A DNA stretch of 64,000 nt from Rickettsiales bacterium (GCA_044239745.1 JBIIAV010000002.1:12583-76582); one strand, 5' to 3'. Shown: positions 9,789 through 19,859, numbered from the stretch's first letter. Translations and numbers: made by a program. Notes: generated by a model not told the origin, from the sequence alone.

Positions 9789-9812
9789 AAAAAGAAGCGT
9801 CACGCTTTTTAG
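9789..9812 (-). terminator. symmetric rho-independent terminator candidate downstream of cspA
   Basis: AAAAAGAAGCG-TCA-CGCTTTTTAG: a short GC stem flanked by A-run and T-run. It lies between the cspA stop and the helicase start. Confidence 0.4.
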
Positions 9813-9952
9813 ATAGTGTCGTCACATGCGCTAGGGTTGGGCGAAAACCGTGTGTTACGAGAACCGCAACGCAAGTTTACATATAGTAAATGCGTAGTGG
9901 AAGCGCAGTAACTCATGGTTTGCAGCCAACGCTAGTAGCGTGTGCGGCCTAT

Positions 9953-10159
9953 CTACGCAGCGAGCTTCAAGTTCGCAGCCGACGTCTTGCCCTTATCGGT
10001 GGCAAGTTCGTAGCTCACTTTTTGGCCTTCGTTCAGCTGGCTGATGCCGGCGCGCTCAAGTGCGCTGATGTGAACGAACACATCGGTGCCGCCTTGATCG
10101 GGCTGAATGAAACCGAAACCCTTGGTTGGGTTGAACCATTTTACTGTACCTGTAGCCAT
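9953..10159 (-). CDS. cspA: cold-shock protein (CspA family)
   Basis: 68 aa from ATG 10159: [37 protein letters not shown]1/RNP2 motifs are present. GAGGAGA ribosome-binding site. Confidence 0.95.
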   Translation of the reverse strand: MATGTVKWFNPTKGFGFIQPDQGGTDVFVHISALERAGISQLNEGQKVSYELATDKGKTSAANLKLAA

Positions 10160-10366
10160 TGTTGTCTCCTCGACATAACGTTGAGCGCCCGTCCGGAATG
10201 AACGGTCGCGAGTGAGAATTTTCACCGAATGAGAACATCGGTCATTCTTGAATCAAACGCTGTCGGGATCAATCGTAGCTAGATCGTTATGTATCGAAAA
10301 GATACGCTGCTCGTAAGGGGTAGGTGCAGCCGGCATAAGGCAAAGAATAGAGAATACTCGAGGCGC

Positions 10367-10394
10367 ACCATAGGCAGTTTTTTCGACAAGTCAA
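10367..10394 (-). promoter_or_regulatory. candidate cspA promoter (would give a roughly 200-nt leader)
   Basis: Minus strand has TTGACT (10389-10394), 16 nt, then TATGGT (10367-10372), preceded by an AT-rich UP-like tract ATAATTTTTATAATCGA. Confidence 0.4.
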
Positions 10395-10572
10395 TCGATT
10401 ATAAAAATTATCCACGGGCGGCAGGGTGGGGTGGTGGCAGTGCGGTGGCGTCATGGTCGTCCGAACGCGCCGCGACGCTTGCTTCCTTGGCCGCTTCATC
10501 GCACAATGCCGCTTGACAGGAATGGGCGTACTGCCTAGACCTCCCCCGTTTGTCCGGAGAATGTTTGCGCAT

Positions 10573-10630
10573 GAAGGGGCCTCGCCCCTTCGCGAACGCT
10601 GACCCGAGGCTCGCCATGAAGGCTACGCAC
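10573..10630 (-). repeat. intergenic copy of the palindromic-element family (carA leader region)
   Basis: Reverse complement reads GTGCGTAGCCTTCATGGCGAGCCTCGGGTCAGCGTTCGCGAAGGGGCGAGGCCCCTTC. Confidence 0.75.
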
Positions 10631-10653
10631 GCTAAAGTAGGATTCGTTATACG

Positions 10654-11904
10654 ATGACCATGCCGCTGAAACCTGCACCCAACGCCGCCTTACTTCTTGC
10701 GGATGGGACAGTGTTTTTTGGCCAAGGCATCGGGCAAGCGGGCACCACCAGCGGCGAGATCTGCTTCAACACCGCCATGACCGGCTATCAGGAAATCCTG
10801 ACCGACCCTTCGTATGCCGGCCAGATCATCACCTTCACCTTCCCGCATATCGGCAATGTCGGCACGAATGACGAGGATATCGAGAGCCTCGTGCCCGTCG
10901 CCGCCGGACTCATCCTGCGCGAGGCGATCACCGAACCTTCGAACTTCCGCAGCCAAAGCCACCTCGATGCGTGGATGAAAAAGCACGGCCTGCGCGGCAT
11001 CAGCGGGGTGGATACGCGGGCGCTGGCGCGCCATATCCGCATCAACGGCGCGCAGAATTGCGCCATCATCATCAGCGCGCAAGGCGCGCCTAACCTCGAT
11101 AAACTCAAAGCCGCCCTCGAAGCCGCACCCGACATGAACGGCTTGGAATTGGCCGCGCATGTGACGACGAAAGAAGCCTATACGTGGCAAGAGCCGCGCT
11201 GGACATTGGGCGCGGGGCATACGCCGCAAACGCAAGCGGTCGATGCATCGGTGCGTAGCGTAAGCGAGCCGCGCAGCGGCGGGGTCAGCGGCGAAGCCGC
11301 GAAGGGGCAAAGCGCCCCTTCATTGTGCCACGTAGTGGCAATAGATTACGGCGTCAAACGCAACATCCTGCGTTCGCTGATATCAGCCGGCGTGCGCCTC
11401 ACGGTCGTACCCGCCACCGCCACCGCCGAGGAGATCTTGGCCCTCAACCCCGACGGCATCTTCCTAAGCAATGGCCCCGGCGACCCCGCCGCCACCGGCA
11501 GCTACGCCGTGCCCACCATCAAGAAACTGATTGCCAGCAGCAAGCCCCTTTTCGGCATCTGTCTTGGCCACCAGATGCTCGGCATCGCCCTTGGCTGCCG
11601 TACCGAAAAAATGCGCCAAGGGCACCGGGGTGCCAACCATCCGGTGAAGGATCTGGCCACCGGCAAGGTCGAGATCACCTCGCAGAACCACGGCTTCGCG
11701 ATTAGCGATACCAACCTACCCGAGGACGTCGAAGTCACCCACCGCTCGCTGTTCGATGGCACCATTCAGGGCATCCGCGTCGTCGGCAAGCCCATCTTCA
11801 GCGTGCAAGGCCACCCCGAGGCCTCGCCGGGGCCACATGATTCGCACTACCTTTTCCAGCGCTTCGTTCAGTGCATGCGCGCCGATACAAAGAAAGCAGC
11901 CTAA
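10654..11904 (+). CDS. carA: carbamoyl-phosphate synthase small (glutaminase) subunit
   Basis: 416 aa. Conserved N-domain and class-I GATase (GICLGHQ, HGFA, QGHPE). Stop overlaps the carB start (TAATG). Confidence 0.96.
   Translation: MTMPLKPAPNAALLLADGTVFFGQGIGQAGTTSGEICFNTAMTGYQEILTDPSYAGQIITFTFPHIGNVGTNDEDIESLVPVAAGLILREAITEPSNFRSQSHLDAWMKKHGLRGISGVDTRALARHIRINGAQNCAIIISAQGAPNLDKLKAALEAAPDMNGLELAAHVTTKEAYTWQEPRWTLGAGHTPQTQAVDASVRSVSEPRSGGVSGEAAKGQSAPSLCHVVAIDYGVKRNILRSLISAGVRLTVVPATATAEEILALNPDGIFLSNGPGDPAATGSYAVPTIKKLIASSKPLFGICLGHQMLGIALGCRTEKMRQGHRGANHPVKDLATGKVEITSQNHGFAISDTNLPEDVEVTHRSLFDGTIQGIRVVGKPIFSVQGHPEASPGPHDSHYLFQRFVQCMRADTKKAA
11251..11322 (+). repeat. palindromic-element copy inserted in-frame in the carA interdomain linker
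   Basis: GTGCGTAGCGTAAGCGAGCCGCGCAGCGGCGGGGTCAGCGGCGAAGCCGCGAAGGGGCAAAGCGCCCCTTCA. It encodes [24 protein letters not shown]. Confidence 0.75.
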
Positions 11905-14900
11905 TGCCCAGACGTACCGACATAAAATCCATTCTCATCATCGGCGCGGGGCCCATCGTCATCGGTCAGGCGTGTGAGTTCGATTATTCCGGCACACAGG
12001 CGGTCAAGACGCTTAAAGCCGAAGGCTACCGCGTCATCTTGGTGAATTCCAATCCCGCCACCATCATGACCGACCCCGAATTCGCCGACGCCACCTACAT
12101 CGAGCCCATCACGCCGGAATATGTCGAGAAGATCATCGCGCGTGAACGCCCCGACGCGCTGCTGCCCACCATGGGCGGCCAGACGGCGCTCAACTGCGCC
12201 AAGGCGCTGGCCGAATCGGGCGTGCTTGCGAAATACAACGTCGAGATGATCGGCGCCGATCTCACCGCCATCAACAAGGCGGAGGATCGCCAATTGTTCG
12301 GCGACGCCATGGCGCGCATCGGCCTTGCCGTGCCGAAGAACGTCGTCGTCAAATCGATGGAAGAAGCGCGCGAGGCGCGCAAGGTCATCGGCCTGCCCGC
12401 CATCATCCGCCCCAGCTTCACCATGGGCGGCTCCGGCGGCGGTATCGCCTACAACCACGAGGAATTCGAGGCCATCGTCGCCTCCGGCCTCGATGCATCC
12501 CCCATCGGCGAGGTGATGATCGACGAGTCCGTGCTCGGCTGGAAAGAATACGAGATGGAGGTCGTGCGCGATAAGCACGACAACTGCATCATCGTCTGCA
12601 GCATCGAGAACATCGACCCGATGGGCGTGCATACGGGCGACTCCATCACCGTCGCGCCGGCGATGACCCTGACCGACAAGGAATACCAGATCATGCGCAA
12701 CGCATCCATCGCGGTGCTGCGCGAGATCGGGGTGGATACCGGCGGCTCCAACGTGCAGTTCGCGGTCAATCCGGCGGATGGCCGCATGGTCGTCATCGAG
12801 ATGAATCCGCGCGTGTCGCGCTCCTCGGCGCTGGCGTCGAAGGCCACCGGCTTTCCCATCGCCAAGGTCGCGGCCAAACTCGCCGTCGGCTACACGCTCG
12901 ACGAGATCATGAACGATGTCACCAAGGCAACGCCCGCAAGCTTCGAGCCGAGCATCGATTACGTCGTCGTCAAAATTCCGCGCTTCGCGTTCGAGAAATT
13001 CGCCGGTGCCGACACCACCCTCACCACCGCCATGAAATCCGTCGGCGAGAGCATGGCGATGGGTCGCAACTTCCCCGAGGCGCTGCAAAAGGCGCTGCGT
13101 TCGCTCGAGACCGGCCTTACCGGCCTCGATGCCATCGCCATCGCTGGCGTCACGCTCGATCATCTCGAAGGTTTGCGCGGTGCGCTTTCCATCGCCAGCC
13201 CGGATCGGTTGCTGCGCATCGCTCAAGCCATGCGCTACGGCATGGGCATCGACGAGATCCACGCCGTCACCAAATACGACCCGTGGTTCTTGGCGCAGCT
13301 TCGCAGCATCATCGACGCCGAGCAATGGGTCGAGATCAACGGCCTGCCGGCCGATGCTCCCTCGCTGCACCACCTCAAATCCCTCGGCTTCTCGGATAAG
13401 CAATTGGCGCGGCTTTCCGGCACCGGCGAGATGGATGTGCGCGCATTGCGCCACCGGCTCAACGTCCGCCCTGTCTTCAAGCGGGTCGATACCTGCGCCG
13501 CCGAATTCGATTCGCAGACCCCTTACATGTACTCGACCTACGAGGGCGACGGCACCCACCCCGCGCAGTGCGAATCCGCGCCCACCGCGCGCGAGAAGAT
13601 CATCATCTTGGGCGGCGGGCCCAACCGCATCGGCCAAGGCATCGAGTTCGATTATTGCTGCGTCCACGCGAGTTACGCACTGCGTGCGACGAATGAAGGG
13701 GACAAAAAGTCCCCTTCTTATGAAACAATAATGATCAACTGCAATCCCGAAACGGTATCGACCGATTACGACACCTCCGACCGCTTGTATTTCGAGCCGC
13801 TGACCGCCGAGGACGTCATCGAGATCATCGAGAAGGAAAAACAGAACGGCAGCATCAAGGGAGTCATTGTGCAGTTCGGCGGGCAAACACCCCTCAAGCT
13901 CGCCCACGCCCTCGAGAGCGCCGGCATCCCTATCATCGGCACCTCGGTCGATTCCATCGACTTGGCGGAGGATCGCGAGCGCTTCCAACAATTGCTGCAC
14001 GCGCTGAACCTGAAACAACCGAAGAACGCCATCTGCCGCCACGCCGAAGATGTCATCGCCCAAGCCGAGGAGATCGGCTACCCCGTGGTGGTACGTCCGT
14101 CCTACGTACTCGGCGGCCGCGCCATGAAGATCATCCACGATAGCAGCACCCTCAAGGCCTACGTCACCGAGCTGTTCACCCTATTCGGCGACGGGCCGGT
14201 GCTGCTCGATTCCTACCTGCAAGACGCCATCGAGCTCGATGTCGATTGCCTGTGCGACGGCGAGAACACCTTCGTCGCCGGCATCATGGAGCATATCGAG
14301 GAGGCGGGCATCCATTCCGGCGATTCGGCGTGTAGCTTGCCGCCCTATTCCCTGCCCGATGCGATCGTCGACGAAGTGCGCACACAGACCATCGCCCTCG
14401 CCAAAGCACTCAAGGTGCGCGGGTTGATGAACGTCCAGTTCGCGGTGCAAGCCGGCGAGATCTACATCATCGAGGTGAATCCGCGCGCGTCGCGCACCAC
14501 GCCGTTCGTCGCCAAGGCCACCGGCATCCCCATCGCCAAAATCGCCGCACGGCTGATGGCGGGTTCAACGCTTTCGGAATTCGATTTACCGGATGATAAA
14601 ACCCACATGAAGGCGCTTGGCCATATCGCGGTGAAGGAAGCGGTGTTCCCGTTCGCGCGTTTCGCGGGCGTCGATGTCCTGCTCGGGCCGGAGATGAAAT
14701 CCACCGGCGAGACCATGGGCATCGACCGCAGCTTCGCCGCCGCCTTCGGCAAGGGCTTCATCGGTTCGGGTTCCACGCTGCCCAAAACCGGCACCGCCTT
14801 CCTCTCGGTGCGCGACCGCGATAAACCCATGGCCGCCGTCATCGCGCAGGAATTGCTCGCGGTCGGGTTCAAAGTCGTCTGCACTCGTGGCACCGGCGAA

Positions 14901-15215
14901 TATTTGCAACTGCAAGGCCTGCCCATAACCATCGTCAACAAGGTGCATGAAGGCCGCCCCCACATCGTCGACATGATGAAGGACGGGCTGATCCACCTCG
15001 TCTTCAACACGACCGATGGCGCGCAAGCGATCGCCGATTCGGCGTCCATCCGTAAAACGGCGCTGTTCGGCAAGATCCCCTACGCCACCACCATCGCGGG
15101 CAGCCGTGCCATGGCGCAGGCCATCGCCACCATCATCCGCACCTCGGGTGGGCTCACCGTCGCGCCGCTGCAAAGCTATTTCGCCAAGGCCAACACCAAA
15201 AAGGACGCGGCGTAA
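11904..15215 (+). CDS. carB: carbamoyl-phosphate synthase large subunit
   Basis: About 1100 aa from [30 protein letters not shown]. Two ATP-grasp halves plus an MGS-like C-terminal domain. Confidence 0.97.
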   Translation: MPRRTDIKSILIIGAGPIVIGQACEFDYSGTQAVKTLKAEGYRVILVNSNPATIMTDPEFADATYIEPITPEYVEKIIARERPDALLPTMGGQTALNCAKALAESGVLAKYNVEMIGADLTAINKAEDRQLFGDAMARIGLAVPKNVVVKSMEEAREARKVIGLPAIIRPSFTMGGSGGGIAYNHEEFEAIVASGLDASPIGEVMIDESVLGWKEYEMEVVRDKHDNCIIVCSIENIDPMGVHTGDSITVAPAMTLTDKEYQIMRNASIAVLREIGVDTGGSNVQFAVNPADGRMVVIEMNPRVSRSSALASKATGFPIAKVAAKLAVGYTLDEIMNDVTKATPASFEPSIDYVVVKIPRFAFEKFAGADTTLTTAMKSVGESMAMGRNFPEALQKALRSLETGLTGLDAIAIAGVTLDHLEGLRGALSIASPDRLLRIAQAMRYGMGIDEIHAVTKYDPWFLAQLRSIIDAEQWVEINGLPADAPSLHHLKSLGFSDKQLARLSGTGEMDVRALRHRLNVRPVFKRVDTCAAEFDSQTPYMYSTYEGDGTHPAQCESAPTAREKIIILGGGPNRIGQGIEFDYCCVHASYALRATNEGDKKSPSYETIMINCNPETVSTDYDTSDRLYFEPLTAEDVIEIIEKEKQNGSIKGVIVQFGGQTPLKLAHALESAGIPIIGTSVDSIDLAEDRERFQQLLHALNLKQPKNAICRHAEDVIAQAEEIGYPVVVRPSYVLGGRAMKIIHDSSTLKAYVTELFTLFGDGPVLLDSYLQDAIELDVDCLCDGENTFVAGIMEHIEEAGIHSGDSACSLPPYSLPDAIVDEVRTQTIALAKALKVRGLMNVQFAVQAGEIYIIEVNPRASRTTPFVAKATGIPIAKIAARLMAGSTLSEFDLPDDKTHMKALGHIAVKEAVFPFARFAGVDVLLGPEMKSTGETMGIDRSFAAAFGKGFIGSGSTLPKTGTAFLSVRDRDKPMAAVIAQELLAVGFKVVCTRGTGEYLQLQGLPITIVNKVHEGRPHIVDMMKDGLIHLVFNTTDGAQAIADSASIRKTALFGKIPYATTIAGSRAMAQAIATIIRTSGGLTVAPLQSYFAKANTKKDAA
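13696..13718 (+). repeat. minimal GC hairpin inserted in-frame in carB
   Basis: GAAGGGGAC-AAAAA-GTCCCCTTC: perfect 9-bp stem with a 5-nt loop. It encodes the extra residues in [19 protein letters not shown]. From memory, E. coli has ALREDGYETIM. Confidence 0.55.
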
Positions 15216-15279
15216 AGCACCCTGTTGGGTGAATCATGCCCTGCCTTTTTATAGAAATTCATCTTGAGTAAGGATCATT

Positions 15280-15963
15280 ATGTCGCGCCCAGACCTCATC
15301 GCCCTCGCCACCACTCATGGTACAGATAAATGGAATGGCCACTGGTATGCGCAGCATTATCAAAACCATTTGAAACACTTTATAGATGAGCCAATTTCCT
15401 TACTTGAAATCGGCATCGCGAATGGTGATTCGCTGCGCATGTGGCGTGACTATTTCCTGAAAGCGACCATTTACGGACTCGATATCAATGACAAACGGCA
15501 GTATGCGGAAGAACGTATCCGTATCCATCACGGCTCACAGGCGGACCCCGTCACTATCGCCCGCATCATCGCGGATTGCCCAAACGGCTTCGACGTCATT
15601 GTGGATGATGGCAGCCACCGTAGCGAACATGGCATCACAACACTCCACATGCTCTGGCCAAGCCTAAAGGATAATGGCTGGTATATTATTGAGGATCTGC
15701 AGACCAGCTACTGGGCTATGTTCGGCGGCAATCCGCAGGGCGTCGGACAACAAACTATGTTAGACTACCTGCAATCGCTGGTTCATTCCCTCAACTGGCA
15801 GGAAATTCATCGTCCCCGCTACGAGCCCAGCCTGCTCGATACAACGCTCGTTGGCATGCATTTCTATCATAACATGGTCTTCCTTCAGAAAGGTAATAAC
15901 CGCGAAGGTAGCAACGTCCTGAAGGATAATATCATGCCCAATACCATGCCTTGGGAGAACTAG
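15280..15963 (+). CDS. class I SAM-dependent methyltransferase (HGTDKW... sugar/LPS-modifying type), in an AT-rich islet
   Basis: 227 aa. Motif I LLEIGIANGDS, post-I IYGLDIN, motif II FDVIVDDGSH, motif III GWYIIEDL. AAGGA ribosome-binding site. The sequence is visibly AT-richer than its flanks. Confidence 0.75.
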   Translation: MSRPDLIALATTHGTDKWNGHWYAQHYQNHLKHFIDEPISLLEIGIANGDSLRMWRDYFLKATIYGLDINDKRQYAEERIRIHHGSQADPVTIARIIADCPNGFDVIVDDGSHRSEHGITTLHMLWPSLKDNGWYIIEDLQTSYWAMFGGNPQGVGQQTMLDYLQSLVHSLNWQEIHRPRYEPSLLDTTLVGMHFYHNMVFLQKGNNREGSNVLKDNIMPNTMPWEN

Positions 15964-16052
15964 CTTCTTGAACACTTCTTGCAGATAGATACGCTTATCC
16001 GCTATAGAGAGAGCTGCCATTCATACAGATATTGATAATACACGGAAATATC

Positions 16053-16529
16053 ATGGAAAAAATCCCAATGACCCAAACGGGCTTCACCCGTCTTGAGAAG
16101 GAACTCAAGAGCCTGAAATCGGTCGAGCGCCCCGCCGTCATCGCCGCGATCTCGGAAGCGCGTGCCCATGGCGATCTGAAGGAGAACGCCGAATACCACG
16201 CCGCCAAGGAAAAGCAGAGCTTCATCGAAGGCCGCATCCAAGAGCTCGAGGCCGTCATCAGCCGCGCCGAGATCATCGATGTGAAGGCCTTGACCGGCGA
16301 TAGCATCAAGTTCGGCGCCACCGTCACCATCGTCGACGAGGACACCGAGGAAAAGATCAAATACCAGATCGTCGGCGATTACGAGGCGGACATCAAACGC
16401 AATCTCATCAGCACTTCGGCGCCCATCGGCCGCGCCCTCATCGGCAAAAAAGTCGGCGCCAGCGTCGAGGTCGTAACCCCCAAAGGCGCGCGCTTCTACG
16501 AAGTGCTGAAGGTGGAGTTCGTCGAGTGA
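16053..16529 (+). CDS. greA: transcription elongation factor GreA
   Basis: [22 protein letters not shown]... has a GreA-typical N-terminus and length of about 158 aa. The track start at 16032 is a TTG, so the ATG at 16053 is preferred. Confidence 0.93.
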   Translation: MEKIPMTQTGFTRLEKELKSLKSVERPAVIAAISEARAHGDLKENAEYHAAKEKQSFIEGRIQELEAVISRAEIIDVKALTGDSIKFGATVTIVDEDTEEKIKYQIVGDYEADIKRNLISTSAPIGRALIGKKVGASVEVVTPKGARFYEVLKVEFVE

Positions 16530-17482
16530 CAAACGTCTGGGGTCTGGTCGACGACCGCACAGGGCATACCGGCCAAGTGCTCGGCGTCATCACGCGGCTC
16601 GGCCTTCCTTACACCTTGAAACGGCTCGATTATAACGGGTTTGCAGCACTGCCTTCGCTGCTACTGGGCGCGTCGCTATTGGGTGTCGATGCCGCAACCA
16701 AGGCCCGTCTCGCGCCGCCGTATCCGTCGCTGGTCATCGCTGCCGGCAGGCGCACCTTGCCGGCACTGCGCTACATCAAGCAGCATGCGCCCGCCACCCG
16801 CACCGTCTATCTCATGCGGCCGGAGATCGACCGCGACATCGACCTCGTCGTCGTGCCCGAACATGACCGTGTCGCGCCGGCGGCGCACATCATCACCAGC
16901 CTTGCGCCGCTGCATGCCGTAACGCCCGATACACTGGCGCGCGCCCGCGCCGAGTGGGAGGGGAAATTCGCCCATCTGCCACGGCCGTTCATCACGCTGT
17001 GCATGGGTGGCAACACCAAGCGCGGCAGCTACAGCGCCGCCCAATGGCGCGAGGTGATCCAGCGTTCGTTACTGCTCGCGGGGCAGGGTTCGCTACTCAT
17101 CACCACCAGCCGCCGCACCCCGAAAGAAGCAATCGCCATGTGCGAACCGCTGCTGCAAAAACCGCACGTGCTGCACCGCTGGGATACCGATAAGGACAAC
17201 CCCTATCTCGGCATGCTCGCCTGCGCCGATGGCATCGTCGTCACTGGCGATTCGCTCTCCATGTGTGCCGAGGCCTGCGTCGCCGGTAAGCCCGTATTCG
17301 TTTATGCGGCAAGCAATGTCGCGCCGGTTAAACATGTGCAGTTGCACCAAACACTTTACGACCGCGGGCTGGCGCGCCCGCTCGATAATGCGGCGCGGCT
17401 CGATTGGCAGCCCGCCGGCGCGCTCGACGATGTCGGCGATGTCGTCGCCCAGATCCGCAACCGCTTCGCGGAGATAGGTTAG
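16526..17482 (+). CDS. ELM1/DUF1022-family protein (mitochondrial-fission ELM1-like, glycosyltransferase-like fold)
   Basis: 318 aa. The GTG start overlaps the greA stop (GTGA). N-terminus [18 protein letters not shown] and the ...[10 protein letters not shown] motif are typical of this family, as recalled from memory. Confidence 0.65.
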   Translation: MTNVWGLVDDRTGHTGQVLGVITRLGLPYTLKRLDYNGFAALPSLLLGASLLGVDAATKARLAPPYPSLVIAAGRRTLPALRYIKQHAPATRTVYLMRPEIDRDIDLVVVPEHDRVAPAAHIITSLAPLHAVTPDTLARARAEWEGKFAHLPRPFITLCMGGNTKRGSYSAAQWREVIQRSLLLAGQGSLLITTSRRTPKEAIAMCEPLLQKPHVLHRWDTDKDNPYLGMLACADGIVVTGDSLSMCAEACVAGKPVFVYAASNVAPVKHVQLHQTLYDRGLARPLDNAARLDWQPAGALDDVGDVVAQIRNRFAEIG

Positions 17483-17490
17483 TTTTTTAG

Positions 17491-17671
17491 TAGGGGACTC
17501 TTTGTCCCCTACGCTTCGCTGACCCCCAGCCGCTTCGCGGCTCGCCATGGAAGGCTACGCACCGCCTACTCAAACGTTTGGATTATCCGTGCGTAGCGCT
17601 TTATGGCGCGAGCCGGAGCGAAGCGAACGAGGGGGAACGGAGTGGGGGCGAAACGCCCCCATAGCGAAGCG
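17491..17671. repeat. full inverted dimer of the palindromic-element family between convergent genes
   Basis: Left hairpin GGGGAC-TCTTT-GTCCCC. Left arm CCGCTTCGCGGCTCGCCATGGAAGGCTACGCAC. Loop CGCCTACTCAAACGTTTGGATTATCC. Right arm GTGCGTAGCGCTTTATGGCGCGAGCCGGAGCGAAGCG. Right hairpin GGGGGC-GAAAC-GCCCCC. Confidence 0.85.
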
Positions 17672-17679
17672 AACGACTC

Positions 17680-18933
17680 TCAAAACCCCTTCGGTGGTGG
17701 CGAGATCACCTGCAACGTATTGCCCTGCACCTGCATGATGGCAAGCCCGCGCTGCACCGAGCCGTTCGCCCGCAGGCGGAAAATGCCGTTCGCTGGGCCG
17801 GCGAATCCGTTGGGGTTGGTCAGCGCCGCGGCATCGAACGGCCGGCCGGAAGTCGCCAGCGTCACCGCCAGTGCCACCGCGTCGTAGGCAAGGCTTGCCA
17901 AGCGTGGCGGCGGGTAGGCATAGGTCGCCAAGAATCGCGCCTCGAATTTGCTGGTCAGTGCCGGCGGGCTCGAGGCGAACCACGCCGTATCGAGGTTGAC
18001 GCGGCGCAGCAGGTCGGCGTCGTCCCACAGGCCGGTGCCGAGGAATTGCATATTGCTCGGTTTCACACCGCGGGTGTTCAGCCCGCGCAGGATCGTATCG
18101 AGCGTGGTGCCGCCTTCGGGAATGAGGATCGCATCGAAATTCGGGGTCTGGCCGTTACGCACCAGCCCGTTGAGGGCGGTGTCCATGCCGCCGCCTTGCA
18201 GCAAATATTTCGATTCCGCCGCCAGCTTCAGCCCTTGCTTGGCCGCCGCATCGCGCGCGCTGGCCAGCACGGCATCGCCCAGCGGCGTGTTGGGTGCCAA
18301 CACTGCAATGCGCGTCTTGCCGCTTAAAATGGCATAGGTCACCACCCGTTCGGTCTGCTCGGCGGGCGAGAACCCGAACATATAAGTGCCGGGGCTCGCC
18401 TGCGTGCGGGTGTTGGAGAAGCTGAGCACGCTGACATTCTTTGCCTGCGCCAGCGGTGCGCCAGCGGCGGCGTCCTCGGCGAATAGCGGGCCGATGATGA
18501 ACTGCGCGCCTTCATCGAGCGCTTCCTTCATCGCTTTGGCGGCCTGTTCGGGGGTGTCGCCGGTATCTTTCGGCAACAGCTCCACCTTGGTCTTCAGCTG
18601 GTTCACGCCCAGCCGCGCGTATTTATCGAACAACGAGACCGAGGCCGCGTCCTGCAGTGCCTTGCCCAGTTCGGCGTTGCGCCCCGAAAGCGGCAGCAGC
18701 AGACCCACCTTCACATGGGCGCTGGGCACTAGCGTATCCACCGGCGCGGTTTCATCAAACGCCGCCGAGGAACCGATACCGCTTTGGCTGGGGTTGGTGA
18801 TCAATGTCTGTTGCAAGCTGGGTGCGCGCTGCGTGGTCGAGGGATAGGGCGACGGCGCCACCGCACATCCCGCTACGAGCAACAGCACGCCGATGGCGGT
18901 CACGGCCGATTTCCAAAAATGGTGGCAGTTCAT
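17680..18933 (-). CDS. LpoA-like / LivK-type periplasmic-binding-fold lipoprotein (penicillin-binding protein activator family)
   Basis: ATG 18933 gives MNCHHFWKSAVTAIGVLLLVAGC, with a lipobox. Type-1 periplasmic binding protein fold. It is divergent from rsmI, as lpoA is in E. coli. Confidence 0.7.
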   Translation of the reverse strand: MNCHHFWKSAVTAIGVLLLVAGCAVAPSPYPSTTQRAPSLQQTLITNPSQSGIGSSAAFDETAPVDTLVPSAHVKVGLLLPLSGRNAELGKALQDAASVSLFDKYARLGVNQLKTKVELLPKDTGDTPEQAAKAMKEALDEGAQFIIGPLFAEDAAAGAPLAQAKNVSVLSFSNTRTQASPGTYMFGFSPAEQTERVVTYAILSGKTRIAVLAPNTPLGDAVLASARDAAAKQGLKLAAESKYLLQGGGMDTALNGLVRNGQTPNFDAILIPEGGTTLDTILRGLNTRGVKPSNMQFLGTGLWDDADLLRRVNLDTAWFASSPPALTSKFEARFLATYAYPPPRLASLAYDAVALAVTLATSGRPFDAAALTNPNGFAGPANGIFRLRANGSVQRGLAIMQVQGNTLQVISPPPKGF

Positions 18934-18989
18934 GCGCAGCCCCTCTAGTATCATTGCCACGCATCCTATCACGAATTCATGGCGCCTGC

Positions 18990-19859
18990 ATGCTTTCTAC
19001 CAAGACCACAGAAAAAAGCCAGCCCCCGCACGGGGAATTATTTCTGGTCGCCACGCCGATCGGCAACTTGAAGGACATCACCCTGCGCGCGCTCGAGATA
19101 TTGCAAGCGGTCGATCGCATCGCTTGCGAGGATACCCGCACCAGCGGCGTGCTGCTCAAGCATTATGGCATCACCACCCCGATGAGCGCCTACCACACCC
19201 ACAACGAGGCCGAGGCCACCGAGCAACTGGTCGCGCAGCTCACCCGCGGTGCGCGCATCGCCCTCATCAGCGACGCCGGCACCCCGCTGCTTTCCGATCC
19301 GGGGGCGCGGCTGGTACGCGCCTGTATCGACGCCGGCGTGCGGGTCACGCCCATTCCGGGCGCTAGCGCACTGCTCGCGGCGGTCTCCATCGCAGGGCTT
19401 CCGGCCGAGCAGTTGCACTACGCCGGTTTCCTGCCCAACAAAACGAATGCGCGGTGCGCTGCATTGGCACCACTCGCCGGCATTCCCGCCACCCTTGTCT
19501 TTTACGAAGCACCCCACCGCCTGTGCGACACCCTGAGCGACATGGCGGCTTGCCTCGGTGTGCGCGAAGCCGCCGTCGGCCGCGAGCTGACCAAGCTGCA
19601 CGAGGAATGCATCCGTGGTACCCTGACCGATCTCATCGACCATTTCAGCCAGCATGCCCCGCGCGGTGAATGCGTCATCATCGTCGGCGGCGCACCGGCC
19701 GCCCAAGCGATGGACGACGACGCGATCGATGCTGCACTTCTCGCTGCGATGGAAACCGCCAGCGTCAAGGAATCCGTCGCGCAGGTCACGGCACAATCCG
19801 GCCGCGCCAAAAGCGATGTCTATGCCCGCGCGCTGGCCTTGAAGGAAGGTCGGGCATGA
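18990..19859 (+). CDS. rsmI: 16S rRNA (cytidine1402-2'-O)-methyltransferase
   Basis: From ATG 18990: ...GELFLVATPIGNLKDITLRALEILQAVDRIACEDTR, a tetrapyrrole-methylase fold. The upstream part of the track ORF overlaps the divergent gene. Confidence 0.92.
   Translation: MLSTKTTEKSQPPHGELFLVATPIGNLKDITLRALEILQAVDRIACEDTRTSGVLLKHYGITTPMSAYHTHNEAEATEQLVAQLTRGARIALISDAGTPLLSDPGARLVRACIDAGVRVTPIPGASALLAAVSIAGLPAEQLHYAGFLPNKTNARCAALAPLAGIPATLVFYEAPHRLCDTLSDMAACLGVREAAVGRELTKLHEECIRGTLTDLIDHFSQHAPRGECVIIVGGAPAAQAMDDDAIDAALLAAMETASVKESVAQVTAQSGRAKSDVYARALALKEGRA

Noticed and set aside
7883-9790. 635-aa plus-strand ORF
   Set aside because: It is antisense to the DUF3576 and DEAD-box helicase genes, which have clear motifs. 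The product is low-complexity and Arg/Ala/Gly-rich, typical of spurious open frames in GC-rich DNA.
10232-10252. GAAC-N7-ATTC as an alphaproteobacterial LexA (SOS) box
   Set aside because: The second half-site does not match GAAC, and no SOS gene is adjacent.
10405-10416. DnaA-box-like TTATCCACG, suggesting oriC
   Set aside because: It is a single 8/9 match with no cluster of boxes or AT-rich unwinding element. It more likely lies by chance in the cspA promoter UP region.
11901-14138. 745-aa minus-strand ORF
   Set aside because: It is antisense to carB, whose identity is unambiguous. No motifs are present. It is a GC-rich shadow ORF.
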